The notes below the pieces were generated by a model. It did no database searches, was not told the DNA's origin, and worked only from the letters and a program-made list of their open reading frames with translations. Source: Clostridia bacterium (GTDB lineage: Bacteria; Bacillota; Clostridia; Christensenellales; CAG-314). From it: a stretch of 64,000 nucleotides of DNA. Below, piece after piece: positions 1-8,115 of this stretch. The position numbers were made by a program, and so were the translations under genes. Where the stretch lies: contig JAFQSA010000057.1 in the NCBI GenBank assembly GCA_017409765.1, forward strand, positions 4,074-68,073, in the 5' to 3' direction. Each line of letters begins with the position of its first letter. Position 1 is the first letter of the stretch.

Positions 1-21
1 ATAAAAAACAACGTATTTCAT
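1..21 (-). CDS. 5' end of an ORF leaving the window (MKYVVF...)
   Basis: ATG at 19-21 on the minus strand, preceded by a GGGAGAA Shine-Dalgarno. Only 7 codons are visible. Confidence 0.3.
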
Positions 22-147
22 TTTGTTTCTCCCTAAATTCACTCGGCAAAACGAGTGTTTGTACGATGTGTATTTTGCACCTTGGCAAAAAATTTTTCAC
101 AATTTGACAAGGTATTTGCGGTTTTGTGAGCCTTTTTGCTGACGCAA

Positions 148-200
148 ACACAAAACTTTGTGTAAATAATACACAAACATTGTGTAAGTAAAACACAAAA
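148..200. promoter_or_regulatory. Two adjacent palindromes ACACAAA-N-TTTGTGT plus a third half-site; candidate operator for the gene starting at 21
   Basis: ACACAAAACTTTGTGT at 148-163, ACACAAACATTGTGT at 171-185 and ACACAAAA at 193-200, all read directly from the sequence. Confidence 0.35.
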
Positions 201-250
201 TCCACATCATAACTATACTGTGCAAATGTAAACTTTAGATAAACTGCTAC

Positions 251-297
251 AAAAAAAGAGCAACCGCGCAGGATTTTGGCCCTACATTGTTGCTCTT
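251..297 (-). terminator. Rho-independent terminator downstream of the nitroreductase gene
   Basis: AGAGCAAC...GTTGCTCT stem flanked by an A-run on the plus strand, which is a U-run on the minus strand. Confidence 0.6.
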
Positions 298-420
298 TTG
301 GATTGTTTTGTTGTCATTTGGGCGGTTTGCTGGCGCAATTTGACGAGTTGGCAAGGTTTGTACATCTTTGTTTGTGCTGTCGAAACTCCGTCAAACAACC
401 GCATTTGTGACGACTACTCG

Positions 421-939
421 TTACTCAACAAAGTACACACGGCCGTCGTTGATGGTTTTTGGTCTTGGTTCGCCATTTGGGTAGCCCAGTACGCAAAAAC
501 CAATGCCCTCGACATCCTCGGTGATGCCCCAATCGGCAAGCAGTTGTTTGCCTTCGGCGGAGTTGAAAACTTCCTTGGCGCGATGAATCCAGCAACTGCC
601 AATACCAAGGCTATATGCCGCGTTCATCAAGTTGGACAATGCTACGCTACCATCGTACACGTAGGTGTGGGCAACTTTGGATGCAAGCACAACGATGACG
701 TCCTTTGCGCCGTAAAATGGATCTCCTTTGGCGCCCATAACGTCGGCATTGAGTTGGGATAGGCGCGCAACAATATCGTCGTTGGTTACAACAACAAAGA
801 TGGGCGCTTGCAAGTTTCTGCCTGTAGCACCGTTAAGTCCGCAGGCAACAATTTCGTCAATGAGGTTTTTAGGTACGTGTTGTGGCTTGTAGTTTTTGCA
901 ACTACGGCGTGTTTTTAGCGTTTGTGTTGTTTGGTTCAT
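421..939 (-). CDS. Nitroreductase family protein
   Basis: 172 aa. N-terminal KTRRSCKNY motif and overall NfsB/NfnB-like layout. GAGGTGAGG SD upstream of the ATG. Confidence 0.8.
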   Translation of the reverse strand: MNQTTQTLKTRRSCKNYKPQHVPKNLIDEIVACGLNGATGRNLQAPIFVVVTNDDIVARLSQLNADVMGAKGDPFYGAKDVIVVLASKVAHTYVYDGSVALSNLMNAAYSLGIGSCWIHRAKEVFNSAEGKQLLADWGITEDVEGIGFCVLGYPNGEPRPKTINDGRVYFVE

Positions 940-947
940 ACCTCACC

Positions 948-1274
948 TCAGGGGAGCAAAAACATGATTACTGTGGCAATCACACCCAATCCGCACATAA
1001 CGGCATTGGCAATGGAAAGCCAGTTGAAATACTTACAGCACAGGGAAACAATTGTGACGATCAAGCAAACTGCATAGGGGATGATCAAGTAGATTTGCAA
1101 AACAAGCAAAATTGCAAGTCCAAGACCTGCGCCGTTATTTTCGTTGTTGGGGTCGTTCATGTCGCTTTTGGCATCAAATGCGCCTACAAGAATTGATGCA
1201 TTGAAAACCATACAAGCAATCAGGATTACAAAAATGATGATGTTTAGTACAAACAGCGCTTTACGTTGTTTCAT
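948..1274 (-). CDS. Small integral membrane protein (about 3 TM helices)
   Basis: ATG at 1274 with an AAAGGAGG SD; the ORF-track start at 1301 lies upstream of that SD. 108 hydrophobic aa. TTTACA-17-TATAAT promoter upstream. Confidence 0.55.
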   Translation of the reverse strand: MKQRKALFVLNIIIFVILIACMVFNASILVGAFDAKSDMNDPNNENNGAGLGLAILLVLQIYLIIPYAVCLIVTIVSLCCKYFNWLSIANAVMCGLGVIATVIMFLLP

Positions 1275-1413
1275 AGAGCCTCCTTTTGCACAAAGGTGCA
1301 AGATGTTTTTTTGTTTACAGTATTATACTTTACAAAAGGGCGTTTGTAAATACCCAAAATTTGGAAATTGAATAGATGGGGGATACATTGCAAGATAACC
1401 CATGGTAGTTTGA

Positions 1414-1462
1414 GCGCCCTCTCAGTCACGCTATGCGCGCCAGCTCCCCCAAAGTGGGAGCC
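1414..1462 (+). repeat. Family B intergenic repeat (GCCCTCTCAG...CCAGCTCCCCCAAAGTGGGAGCC)
   Basis: Near-identical copies at 23577-23621 and 30371-30416, with a variant at 24464-24503. Contains the hairpin GCTCCC-ccaaagt-GGGAGC. Confidence 0.8.
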
Positions 1463-1517
1463 CTTTGCATAGTTACGATTGTACAAAACAACCAAAGTTG
1501 ACAAGAGAAGTGTTGTT

Positions 1518-2006
1518 TTAGTGGAAATACAGCGCCAAGATGTCTAGTTCCGCCCAAGGGAAGACGTTTCGGCCTTCCTTGACAAAGCCAAGGTGGTAGT
1601 AAAGTTGTGTGGCACGCGTGTTGAAATCGTCCACCAAAATGCCAACACCATCGTAGCCAAGGTTGCGTGCTTCGGCAATCATATTTTTGACGAGAAAACT
1701 GCCCACGTGCTTGCCAACAAAGTCGTTTGCTACCATCACCCTGCCAAAGGACATCACGTTGTTGCTCTTGAAAGTGTCCTTGGGATACTCGTAGTGGGCG
1801 GGATGGAAGGTGGCATAGCCGACAATGCGTCCGTCAATTTCCACCACGCGACCAAAGCCGTTAGCAAAGTCGTCCACTATCAATTGGTCTTGGGGATAGC
1901 CGTCCTGCCAAATGGCAAGGTTTTCGGCAATCACGCGCTCTTTGACTTGGTTTTTGAGTGAAAGCACGACATCTAAATCTTGTTGTGTTGTTTTGCGGTA
2001 GGTCAT
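1518..2006 (-). CDS. GNAT family N-acetyltransferase
   Basis: 162 aa. Acetyl-CoA-binding-type segment RVMVANDFVGKHVGSFLV followed by a GYDGVGILVD beta-strand region typical of the GNAT fold. Confidence 0.75.
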   Translation of the reverse strand: MTYRKTTQQDLDVVLSLKNQVKERVIAENLAIWQDGYPQDQLIVDDFANGFGRVVEIDGRIVGYATFHPAHYEYPKDTFKSNNVMSFGRVMVANDFVGKHVGSFLVKNMIAEARNLGYDGVGILVDDFNTRATQLYYHLGFVKEGRNVFPWAELDILALYFH

Positions 2007-2062
2007 GGTTGGTTTTCTATTTTTTTTGATACATGTGTTGTGTTTTTGAGATATTTGTGATG

Positions 2063-2341
2063 TTATTTTTGTTGCATATTGCCATCTTGTTGATGGTTAT
2101 TTCGCTTGCTTTTGACAATGGATTTTGCCCATTGGACAATGATACAAACAAGTAACAAAACAAACAAAAAGGCGAACACGCCTATCAAAATTAGCGTGTC
2201 GGGGTCTGTTTCCCACATGGAAAAATCTACCCCAAAAAGATGCAGTACAAGTGCGCCAAGCGCAAGGCAAATGGCGGTTAAAACTATTTCCAGCAGGGCC
2301 TCGACCAAGACCTCGCGAATTTTACGTTTTTTTGATTTCAT
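2063..2341 (-). CDS. Small membrane protein (2 TM)
   Basis: 92 aa with two hydrophobic helices, AAAGGAGC SD, basic N- and C-termini. Confidence 0.5.
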   Translation of the reverse strand: MKSKKRKIREVLVEALLEIVLTAICLALGALVLHLFGVDFSMWETDPDTLILIGVFAFLFVLLLVCIIVQWAKSIVKSKRNNHQQDGNMQQK

Positions 2342-2376
2342 GATAAGCTCCTTTGAGAACTTTGTGGGAGGAATAT

Positions 2377-2658
2377 CTAAACAAGACTATCGCCCCAGTC
2401 TTCCCAATTTGGATTTTTGCTTTCAACAAGCAGATTCTTTTTGGCACGAGCCCAACGTTTTAGTTGCTTTTCTCTTGCGAGGGCGTCGTTAATTTCCGAG
2501 TACTGCTCAAAATAAACAAGTTTGTGAACATTGTATCTTTGGGTAAATCCATCAACAAGTTTGTTTTTGTGTTCATACAAACGGCGCTGTAAGTTGTTGG
2601 TTACACCGATATACATAACCGCATTTGTTTTGTTTGTTAGTATGTAGACGTAATACAT
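2377..2658 (-). CDS. GIY-YIG nuclease family protein (stand-alone URI domain)
   Basis: 93 aa. MYYVYIL, YIGVTNNLQRRLYEHK and REKQLKRW are the GIY-YIG/UPF0213 signature blocks. GGAGAG SD. Confidence 0.85.
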   Translation of the reverse strand: MYYVYILTNKTNAVMYIGVTNNLQRRLYEHKNKLVDGFTQRYNVHKLVYFEQYSEINDALAREKQLKRWARAKKNLLVESKNPNWEDWGDSLV

Positions 2659-2746
2659 TGGCTCTCCTATTCCAAGATTTTGCTTGGCTTAGTGCATGCG
2701 ATATTTCACAATTCGGTTTGCGCTAACACAAGCAAGTTTTCACTTT

Positions 2747-2838
2747 GTCATCCTGAGCGCAGTCCCGCCTGAGATTCCACTCGGTTTCACCTCGTGCTTT
2801 TGGTGCGTTGCCCAAAAGTTCGACAAGCTCAGAATGAC
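2747..2838. repeat. GTCATCCTGAGC / GCTCAGAATGAC inverted repeat enclosing a nested CTTTTGG/CCAAAAG hairpin
   Basis: Outer arms at 2747-2758 and 2827-2838 pair at 11/12 positions. Inner hairpin at 2796-2818. From memory, this sequence type commonly accompanies small GIY-YIG genes. Confidence 0.6.
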
Positions 2839-3028
2839 ACCTTGCGGTGTCGGCGGGACGAAGTCGAAATCCGCGCGAAGCAAGGATCAAATGGAGCGCA
2901 GTGACATTTGGGATCTCACACCATGTGCCAAACATTTACAGGCACATCACATTTTTTATTAGCTTGGTAACCCACGTGACATCTTTGCAAACTCATTCAC
3001 GTAAGTGTTTCGGCAAAGATTTCTTTTT

Positions 3029-3056
3029 CGGCGGGAGTAAACCCCCGCCCTACGGA
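3029..3056 (+). repeat. Family A GC hairpin repeat (GGCGGGAG-taaac-CCCCGCC + CTACGG)
   Basis: Shares the flank-and-hairpin architecture TGC/GG-stem-loop-stem-CCTACG with 7 other copies. Confidence 0.7.
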
Positions 3057-3059
3057 TGG

Positions 3060-3260
3060 TTATTTGGTTGTTAGATAAACGAGGGTTTCTACGTTGTCGG
3101 TATTGGGGAACATATATCTTCGATGTATGATTCTCTCGCACCGAGGGTGATACTCGAAACGTCGAACCACTTGGCACGCTTCGCTTGCCTTTGCAAATCT
3201 ATACGCCTGCCACTCTGCTTGTGCAAGCACAACAGTTGCACTCGTATGCTTTGCGTTTGG
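3060..3260 (-). pseudogene. Relic 3' end of a second RumA/TrmA-type methyltransferase gene, in frame directly behind the live gene's stop codon
   Basis: The frame stays open for 66 codons after the TAG at 3261-3263. It ends ...RYMFPNTDNVETLVYLTTK*, versus the live C-terminus ...PYDMFPNTDNVETLVWLTK*. The nucleotide differences are mostly synonymous. Confidence 0.6.
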
Positions 3261-4598
3261 CTACTTTGTTAGCCAAACAAGTGTTTCGACGTTATCGGTA
3301 TTGGGGAACATATCGTATGGTTCGACGTAGGCAATGGTGTACTTAGTGGAAAGCATGGCTAGGTCGCGGGCGAGGGTTGCCGAGTCGCAAGAGATGTAGA
3401 CGATGTTATCCACATCGGCTTGCAAAATTGTGTTGCAAATGTTTTCGCCAAGGCCTTTGCGAGGGGGATCCACCACCATTGTGATGGTTTTTCCCTTTAG
3501 TTCCTGCGTGAGTTTGGGAAGTTCCACATTGACGTCGCCACAAACGTTGGTAACACGTGGGGTGTTGTTGAGTTCCACCATTTTGTTGGCGTCCGCTACG
3601 GCGCTGGGGACAATTTCCAACGCGTAGGTTTGATAACGCTCCGATGCAAGGGCAGTTGTCAAAATGCCGATACCGCTAAAGCAATCAATCAAAACGTCGG
3701 TGTTGGCCACATTCAAAAGATCCTTTGCCTTTTGGTAGATTGCATCCTTGACGCCATTGTTAACTTGGAAAAAGCTATCCGGTTCCAAGCAGAATTTTAC
3801 GCCAAAATGCTCGCCCATAATTTGGGAAATTCCGTACACGTGTCGCGTAATTTTGCCCAAAATGACGTTGTTTTTGTAGGTGTTGACGTTGACAAAAAGT
3901 CCAAACGTTGGAAACACCTTTTTGAGCTCCGTAACAAGAGGTTTCAAGTCGAAATTGAACTCGCCATTGGATACAATTGTTACAAGCAGTTGCTCGTCCA
4001 CATACCTTGCAACCAAGTGGCGCACCACCCCTGTGAAGGTTTTTTCGTTGTAGGGTGGGATGTTGTTTTGGTTGAGATAGTCACGGAAAATTTGCGTGAG
4101 TTTGGTGGACCAACTGCCACCCAAAAGGCAATCGTCCATGTTGACAACAACGTGACTGCCCCTTTGGTACATGCCGATTTTTGCATTGCCCACGCGCCCT
4201 GCCACCGGCAAGGAAAGTTTGTTGCGGTAGCCAAACACAAGGTTGGATGGCACGCAAGGCAACACGTCAACATCCAACTTGGCAAGTTTTTTGATATTTC
4301 CTGCCACCTTGTTTTGTTTGAATTTGAGTTGCTCGGCGTAGTCCATGTGCATCAAAGTGCATCCGCCACACTTGCCAAAGTGACGGCAAGTGGGATTGAC
4401 ACGCATTGGAGATGGTGTCAAAATTTCCACCACGTCGGCATAGGCAACGTTCTTTTTGACGTAGGTAACCTTGACTGTGGCAGTTTCGCCAACAATCATG
4501 CCACCCACAAACACGGTGTAGCCATCAACTTCGCCAACAGTTTCCGCATTGGCGTAGCCGGTGGCTGTGTATGTAATTTTGTCGTTTTGTTTTAGCAT
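3261..4598 (-). CDS. 23S rRNA (uracil-C5)-methyltransferase, RumA/RlmD (TrmA) family
   Basis: TRAM-like N-terminus, Cys cluster CRHFGKCGGC, SAM-binding DCFSGIG, catalytic-region PPRKG, and DMFPNT near the C-terminus. The start is uncertain (ATG at 4598 versus the ORF-track start at 4661). Confidence 0.85.
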   Translation of the reverse strand: MLKQNDKITYTATGYANAETVGEVDGYTVFVGGMIVGETATVKVTYVKKNVAYADVVEILTPSPMRVNPTCRHFGKCGGCTLMHMDYAEQLKFKQNKVAGNIKKLAKLDVDVLPCVPSNLVFGYRNKLSLPVAGRVGNAKIGMYQRGSHVVVNMDDCLLGGSWSTKLTQIFRDYLNQNNIPPYNEKTFTGVVRHLVARYVDEQLLVTIVSNGEFNFDLKPLVTELKKVFPTFGLFVNVNTYKNNVILGKITRHVYGISQIMGEHFGVKFCLEPDSFFQVNNGVKDAIYQKAKDLLNVANTDVLIDCFSGIGILTTALASERYQTYALEIVPSAVADANKMVELNNTPRVTNVCGDVNVELPKLTQELKGKTITMVVDPPRKGLGENICNTILQADVDNIVYISCDSATLARDLAMLSTKYTIAYVEPYDMFPNTDNVETLVWLTK

Positions 4599-4663
4599 AG
4601 TTTTACCTGACGTTCCATTTGTACGGAACATAATTACTTGTAAATTAGATGTTGTTTGCAAAC

Positions 4664-4690
4664 TGCGGGAGGGGCAACCCCTCCCCTACA
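4664..4690 (+). repeat. Family A GC hairpin repeat (TGCGGGAGGGG-caa-CCCCTCCCCTACA)
   Basis: Perfect 8-bp GC stem with conserved TGC and CCTAC flanks. Confidence 0.8.
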
Positions 4691-4824
4691 ATTGTGCAGT
4701 TGCTGTGGGGTTGTGCAGTACAAATAGTTTGCAAATGGAAATTATTTCCAATTTTAAGGCAATTTTCCAAAAAACATTGTACTTGGTTATTGAAATGCCA
4801 TTTAGTGTTGACTGATACAAAAAG

Positions 4825-5919
4825 TTACTTTGTTTTGGGCAAAAGGACGGTAAACGTACTGCCCTTGCCAACTTCGCTTTGCACTTGAATATCGCCACCG
4901 ACAAGTCGCAAAATCTTGTGCACGATGGCAAGTCCAAGGCCGTTGCCTTCGCCAGAGTGGGATTTGTCCCCTTGGTAGAATTTGTTGAAAATGTACTGTT
5001 GTGTTTCCGCGTCCATGCCACAGCCATAGTCTTGGATGGATACGGAAACTTTGTCGCCAATGTCCGTTGCGACAACGTCGATTTTGGAATCGCGTGGGCT
5101 AAATTTGATGGCATTGCCCAAAATGTTTACCCACACTTGCGACAATAGTTGTTGAGAACTGTGGATGGAAATTGCCTCGGCGGAAAGGTCAAGTTGCATG
5201 TTTTTGTCCTTGAGGGCCTTGTCGAAAAGCAACACGCTTTGGCGAAGTTGTTCGTCCAAAGAATAGGTGGTCTTTTCCACCACATGATCGTCCAATCGGG
5301 AAAGTGCTAGTACGCTTTGGGAAAGGTTTACAAGTCTGTCCGACTCGTTGATGATAACGTCCAAGTACTCGTTGCGCTCCTCTTCGGTAAGGTCGGCAGT
5401 TTTCAGCAGTTTGGCAAAGCCGGCAATGGAAACAATTGGAGTTTTGAATTCGTGGGAAAAATCGGAAATAAAGCCTTCGCGAAGGGTTTCGACACTACGC
5501 AGACTTTTTACCATGTGGTTGAATTTTTCCGCAACAAGGGTGTTTTTCAAAATTTCGTTGTCGTCGGCAACACCGGTGGTAAAGTCCCCTTGACTTACCT
5601 TGTCCAATGCATCAAAGTAGGGTTTGATGGCTTTTTTGACCTGCTTGGAAAACCAAATGGACAAAATTGTGCCAACAATGGTGCCGACACCAAGTGATAC
5701 AGGCACAAACACCCAAAAATACACGGATGAGTCCTCGGTGATGTGGAACAATTCCTCAACCAAAAGCATGATGCCGAAAATTAGCACGGCAACAAGGGCA
5801 ACGACAATAATCAAGCCAAAGATGATATTTCTTGTCAGTTTGCTTGTTGAGGACAAGATTTGTTGCAGTTCGCTAAAGGACTCCTGCAGGGTGGGTTGTT
5901 TAGTCGTTTTGTTCGTCAT
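4825..5919 (-). CDS. Sensor histidine kinase (TM-HAMP-HisKA-HATPase)
   Basis: H-box SHEFKTPIVSI, N box and G boxes (GNGLGLAIV). The ATG at 5919 overlaps the stop of the upstream response regulator. Confidence 0.85.
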   Translation of the reverse strand: MTNKTTKQPTLQESFSELQQILSSTSKLTRNIIFGLIIVVALVAVLIFGIMLLVEELFHITEDSSVYFWVFVPVSLGVGTIVGTILSIWFSKQVKKAIKPYFDALDKVSQGDFTTGVADDNEILKNTLVAEKFNHMVKSLRSVETLREGFISDFSHEFKTPIVSIAGFAKLLKTADLTEEERNEYLDVIINESDRLVNLSQSVLALSRLDDHVVEKTTYSLDEQLRQSVLLFDKALKDKNMQLDLSAEAISIHSSQQLLSQVWVNILGNAIKFSPRDSKIDVVATDIGDKVSVSIQDYGCGMDAETQQYIFNKFYQGDKSHSGEGNGLGLAIVHKILRLVGGDIQVQSEVGKGSTFTVLLPKTK

Positions 5920-6586
5920 AGCGCACCGCCTTGTAACCAAGACCACGCACGGTTACAATTTCGAAATCTTTGTTGTCGGCAAAGTGGGTGCGTAGTCGGT
6001 TGATATGTACGTTTACTGTGTGTTCGTCACTTTCCGCATCCATACCCCAAATTTCGTCCATCAGTTGCATGCGAGTGAACACAATTTCCGGGTAGGAAAG
6101 TAGTTTGTACAACAGCAAAAACTCCTTTTTGGGCAAAGTTTCCTCCCCATCAGGAGTGATAACCTTAAAGGAATTGTAGTCGAGAGTGGTACGGCCTACA
6201 ACAAGTTTGTGGTCGGAAACGATTTTGGAACGTCTTAGTAGCGCCTTGACACGCAAAATGAACTCTTCGAAATCGAAGGGTTTTGTGAGATAGTCGTCGA
6301 TGCCTACCAAAAAGCCTTGTTTGATATCTTGCACTTTGTCCTTGGCGGAAATCATTAGCATGGGCATTTGACTGCCACCTTCGCGCAGGGTTTGTGTCAA
6401 GGTGTAGCCATCCATTTTGGGCATCATAACGTCGATAACCATCAAGTCGATGTAGTTGTGTTCAAGTTTGTCCAATGCATCTTCGCCATCAGTTGCCAAA
6501 ATAACGTTGTAGCCATTTGTTTGCAAAATTTTGGAAAGCAACATGCGGGTATGTTTGTCGTCTTCCACTACCAAAATGTTGAACAT
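5900..6586 (-). CDS. OmpR-family response regulator
   Basis: MFNILVVEDD receiver start with a GAGGAGAAA SD. Winged-helix C-terminus (VNVHINRLR...VRGLGY). The ORF-track start at 6709 lies upstream of the SD. Confidence 0.9.
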   Translation of the reverse strand: MFNILVVEDDKHTRMLLSKILQTNGYNVILATDGEDALDKLEHNYIDLMVIDVMMPKMDGYTLTQTLREGGSQMPMLMISAKDKVQDIKQGFLVGIDDYLTKPFDFEEFILRVKALLRRSKIVSDHKLVVGRTTLDYNSFKVITPDGEETLPKKEFLLLYKLLSYPEIVFTRMQLMDEIWGMDAESDEHTVNVHINRLRTHFADNKDFEIVTVRGLGYKAVRYDEQND

Positions 6587-6790
6587 AGTTTTTCTCCTCG
6601 TACTGTTAAAAATGTTTGGGGCGAGTTGACTTTTGCAAGCAAGATTGCCTTTGCGGATTGCCACGTCGGTTGTAAGTGCGCTTACACAAAGCAATACAAA
6701 TTGCCCCATTATTGAATATATTATACACTATATTTACAAAAAGGTAAATAGTTTGGGGAAATTTGCGACAAATCGACTAGTAAATTTGTA

Positions 6791-6818
6791 TTTTTCGCCG
6801 ATACGTGGTGGTTTTTTG
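6791..6818 (+). repeat. Family C motif copy (TTTTTCGCCGATACGTGGTGGTTTTTTG)
   Basis: One of about 15 copies. Lies ~205 nt upstream of the response-regulator start, co-oriented with it. Confidence 0.75.
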
Positions 6819-7031
6819 AATGTTAATGACAAACAAAATGTTGCCGAATTGAGGCATCTTTGGGCGGGAATTTGTCCACAAAAATACAGTTTTTGCAAAA
6901 GTTGACCTGTTGTTGACGGTAAATTTAAGTACAGTTTAAGAAAGTTTTGTATAATCTTTGGCATAAACTTGAAATGTAAAAATGCAGGTACAATGGGGGG
7001 GGTGTTGATACCTACACAAGGAGGATAAAAC

Positions 7032-7772
7032 ATGAACAACTACTACAAAATGCCTCACAAAGTGGAGTTTTCCGAAGTGGACTTTGGCTACAACATGCGC
7101 GTTGATCACATGGTGGAGCAATTCCAAAACATCACGGGACTGCACTCCACCGAGTTAGAAATTGATGCCAACACAATGAGAAACACCTCCAATGCCTTTT
7201 GGATACTTTCCAAATGGAAAGTTAAGGTTTTTCGCATGCCAAAGTTTGACGAAATTGTTACCATCGACACTTGGCCCACCTTTGCCAAAGGTGTAAGATT
7301 TGGCAGAGAGTTTACCATCCACAACGAAAAGGAACTGCTTGTTGCTTGCAACAGCGAATGGTGCACGTTGGACTTGGACACAAAACGCCCTCGCAGAGTA
7401 AACTCGGTGCACTACCCACACGACATGCCCCACCGCGAGGACAAAAGTGGCGCAGGGGATTTTTTGCAAGTGCGCGAAGTGGTTGACCAAGCACATCTGC
7501 ACCACATCCACAACGTGATGCTGACCGACATTGACGGCAACAAGCACACCAACAACATTGTGTACATCAAGATGATGTTGGACTGCTTTTCCATTGAGGA
7601 ATTTGCAACGCTCGACTTGGACGAAATGCAAATAACTTACCTATCGCAGACGTTTTGCGGGGACAAAATCCAAGTGTACAAAAAGCAAACGGACTACGGC
7701 TACTACATCCAAGGTAGTTGCAATGACAAGCCAATTTTTACTTGCGTGCTAACTTGCAAAAATTGCAAATAA
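7032..7772 (+). CDS. Acyl-ACP thioesterase
   Basis: 246 aa with a double hot-dog layout. The N-terminal block VDFGYNMRVDHMVEQFQNITGLHS is typical of the FatA/B-like bacterial acyl-ACP thioesterase family. AAGGAGGA SD. Confidence 0.8.
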   Translation: MNNYYKMPHKVEFSEVDFGYNMRVDHMVEQFQNITGLHSTELEIDANTMRNTSNAFWILSKWKVKVFRMPKFDEIVTIDTWPTFAKGVRFGREFTIHNEKELLVACNSEWCTLDLDTKRPRRVNSVHYPHDMPHREDKSGAGDFLQVREVVDQAHLHHIHNVMLTDIDGNKHTNNIVYIKMMLDCFSIEEFATLDLDEMQITYLSQTFCGDKIQVYKKQTDYGYYIQGSCNDKPIFTCVLTCKNCK

Positions 7773-7783
7773 ACAATAAACTA

Positions 7784-7821
7784 AAAAAGGCAAACACAAC
7801 TGTGTTTTGCCTTTTGTTTTT
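7784..7821 (+). terminator. Rho-independent terminator of the thioesterase gene
   Basis: GGCAAACACA-actg-TGTGTTTTGCC stem followed by a T-run. Confidence 0.75.
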
Positions 7822-7836
7822 GCACAAACTACTGCA

Positions 7837-7864
7837 TTTTTTGCGGATACGTGGTGGTTTTTTG
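7837..7864 (+). repeat. Family C motif copy (TTTTTTGCGGATACGTGGTGGTTTTTTG)
   Basis: Lies in a convergent intergenic region between two terminators. Confidence 0.75.
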
Positions 7865-8010
7865 TACGCAGTTGGGATATATGAGTGCTGTGCGCCATTT
7901 TGAAAAAACTTGATATTTAGCACAAAAAACACTATAACATCTGTACATGATTGTACAATTCAACATCCTGCATGTGCAAAAAGAATACGCCACACAACCC
8001 TATTAAAATT

Positions 8011-8045
8011 AAAAAGAGCAATCGAAAGTTGATTGCTCTTTTTGT
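8011..8045 (-). terminator. Terminator of the ABC exporter operon (usable in both directions)
   Basis: AGAGCAATC-gaaagt-TGATTGCTCT stem flanked by A- and T-runs. Confidence 0.7.
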
Positions 8046-8115
8046 ATTTGTAGATGAAAACAAAAATTAAAGTTGTTGCAAACCACGTTTACTTGTGTGG
8101 TTATTGTACTACTCA

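Noticed and set aside
2696-2962. ORFs of 70-88 codons (2696-2962 plus, 2723-2935 minus, 2847-3074 plus) between the GIY-YIG gene and the rlmD-like gene.
   Set aside because: They run through the GTCATCCTGAGC inverted repeat and its nested hairpins, have no SD sequences, and give the typical translated-repeat peptides (…DKLRMT…, …SAQDDK…).
4686-5114. ORFs overlapping the histidine kinase and other genes out of frame (4686-5114, 34707-35276, 9716-10204, 38289-38737 and others).
   Set aside because: They sit on the same strand as, or nested within, well-supported genes in other frames. They are rich in Arg/Cys/Pro/Ser, as expected from frame-shifted A+C-rich coding sequence.
6791-6818. The CGCCGATAC core in some Family C copies resembles the sigma-28/SigD -10 element GCCGATAA.
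   Set aside because: Most copies have GGGGATAC or GCGGATAC instead, losing the critical CGA. No TAAA -35 sits at the right spacing. The orientation is antisense to the genes the motif accompanies.
7837-7864. The GTGGTGG inside Family C resembles the E. coli Chi site GCTGGTGG and suggests a replication-oriented recombination signal.
   Set aside because: Only three copies carry GTGGTG; the others read GTGTTG, GTGTGC or GTCGTT. Orientation flips locally with gene direction (31692, 43846), not at a single point.
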